The notes under the pieces: generated by a model
Databases searched by the model: none
The model's input: only the letters and a program-made list of their open reading frames with translations
What the model was told of the DNA's origin: nothing
Program-made: the position numbers and the translations under genes
NCBI RefSeq assembly: GCF_009914755.1
Contig: NC_060943.1
Reading direction: 5' to 3' (one strand)
Length of the DNA: 64,000 nucleotides
Origin: the human T2T-CHM13v2.0 reference genome, Homo sapiens
Shown: positions 61,981-64,000 of the stretch, piece by piece
Position numbering within the stretch: the stretch's first letter is position 1
Layout of the letters: every line of letters begins with the position of its first letter

Positions 61981-63127
61981 TAGCCAGGATGGTTTCGATC
62001 TCCTGACCTCATGATCCACCCGCCTCGGCCTCCCAAAGTGCTGGGATTACAGGCATGAGCCACTGCGCCTGGCCCATTATAGCATTTCTAACAGGAACAT
62101 AAGCAGCGGTGGGGCAGCCTCATGAGATGTGGGCCCTGCTGCCAGCTATCCCGCTATCCAGACAGGGAACTGAGGCTTGCAGATGCTAACTACATGTGAA
62201 CCCAGGTCTGTCTGGCTTCAGAAACCTCTAGTAAAAGGCAGCATGAGTCCAGCATCAAGGGAAAGGTGAGGTAATTTACATTAGGTCAATATCAGGATGT
62301 AGCAAAGGCTGTGGAAACAAAGAGGGCTTTCTGGCAATCATGTAGAAGAGCAGGCGGTAGCATTTTCAGTCCAGCATGCCTGCAGCTGCAGGAAAGCAGG
62401 GGGAACATCAAAGACTGTGGGAGGGTAAGTGGGTGGGTTATAACCACTTTAGGTTATCGGTGACTTTTCTTCCTTCATACAGTATGCCATCACTTTGTGA
62501 GGGATTGGGGAGTAGGGTCCCTTAAGCCCTGAGCCTACTTCTGGAAGGATCCCTCTCTGGGAGTAGGTGTGGCCACCTGTATGTGGTGGGACCTATCTAG
62601 TGTCTAGTGCTGTTGGGGCTTCCTGAGGGTGGTGAAAGAGCAAAGAAAGTCAGGAACAAATGAGACTTCGCCACTGGACTGGGGGCAATGGAAGGTGAAA
62701 ACCACATCGTGGGAAAAGTGCTTTCTCCCTATCACAAGAGTTAAGACAGCATGGTTACCATGTGTGCTCGTGACCTCTGGGATGTCTGGGCTGTGAGAGT
62801 CCATTCTGGGAGCTTAGGAGGAAGGAAGAGGGAAACCAAACAGCTCATCACTTCTATTTCTCCTCCTTGGCCTTTTCCTCTCCCCAGAAAGCCAATGATA
62901 ACTGCTAATTAGCAGGTGTACTTAAGTGATTCACCAACTTTAGCCAGTCTACAAAAGTGAGTAGGGCGAAAAGGTGTATCCACTATGTGGAATGACCTGG
63001 CTGTTCCCTACACATCCCTCAATACAGCTCAAGCACGACCTCTCCAACTTTCCAGGCTAGACTGGAGCCTCTCCTGTGTCGCTTTAATTCTAGCACAGGG
63101 GTGACTGTTTTTTTGTTTTGGTTTATT

Positions 63128-63282
63128 GAGAGACAGGGTGATTCTAGCCCAGGCTGGAGTGCGGTGGCTATTCACAGATGCAATCATAGGTCACTGCAGC
63201 CTTGAACTCCTGGCCTCAAGCAATCCTCCCTCCTCAGCCTCCCAAGTAGCTGGGATTTCAGACATGTGCTACCACCCCTGGC
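63128..63282 (-). mobile_element. FAM (fossil Alu monomer, 7SL-derived)
   Basis: Monomeric, and carries the 7SL/FAM-type segment gtggctattcacagatgcaatcatag. Confidence 0.7.
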
Positions 63283-63337
63283 TCACAAGTGACTGGTCTT
63301 TGTGATTTTCTTCCCTCAGGAGCCTGGGGATTCCTCA

Positions 63338-63535
<198 letters not shown>

Positions 63536-63600
63536 TTAGCCAGGCATGGTGGTACATGCCTATAGTCCCAGCTACTCAGGAGGCTGAGGCGGAAGGATCA

Positions 63601-63726
<126 letters not shown>

Positions 63727-63754
63727 TCAAAGGTTAAAAAGAAAAAAAAAGGAA

Positions 63755-63905
63755 CAAGCGTTCTTAACCTTGGCTGCAGAAAGGTACGAATCCCCCGGAT
63801 GATATAGGTAAAATTGTGCGTGAATAGATGAGCATTTTTTCTGGCAATGGCCACAGCTTTCTACCAAATTCCCAGAGAGGTATTTGACCTAAAAATGTCT
63901 AAAAA
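63755..63905 (+). mobile_element. MER103-like hAT MITE
   Basis: gttcttaacct...gcattttttctgg...cacagctttctaccaaattcccagagaggtatttgacctaaaaa. Confidence 0.55.
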
Positions 63906-64000
63906 TTTTTATTTTTCTGAGACAGAGTCTTGCTCTGTCACCCAAGTTGGAGTGCAGTGGGGTGATCTCAGCTCACTGAAACCTCCGCCTCCCAGGTCCA

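Noticed and set aside
63128-63282. Possible 7SL RNA gene or pseudogene
   Set aside because: It lacks the full S-domain and is better explained as a FAM monomer.

Overview
Human (primate) genomic DNA, very Alu-rich (about 100 Alu/FLAM/FAM copies or fragments by eye, roughly 40-45% of the window). Nearly all ORFs in the supplied track are spurious Alu-derived frames. The right half (~30690-64000) is the 3' part of the splicing-factor gene SUGP2 (SURP and G-patch domain protein 2, SFRS14) on the minus strand. I reconstructed seven coding exons with GT-AG boundaries and a continuous reading frame (two SURP motifs, an acidic tract, the G-patch, TAG stop), plus a separate non-coding terminal exon ending near an AATAAA at 30711-30716. 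The left half is intergenic (from memory chr19p13.11, between HOMER3 and SUGP2). It holds a GC-box/G4-rich orphan regulatory element, an LTR9-like solo LTR nested inside an old Alu, and MER44, MLT2, L1M and MADE1 relics. I found no new multi-gene system. The most notable observations are: (1) a 115-bp inverted templated copy of nearby intron sequence inside an Alu; (2) a stop codon that ends exactly at a splice donor, with several alternative 3'UTR acceptors; (3) both SURP motifs sitting on a duplicated two-exon module; (4) a candidate poison exon; (5) a 26-bp palindromic TAATCC tandem repeat; (6) a diverged ~130-bp local duplication.
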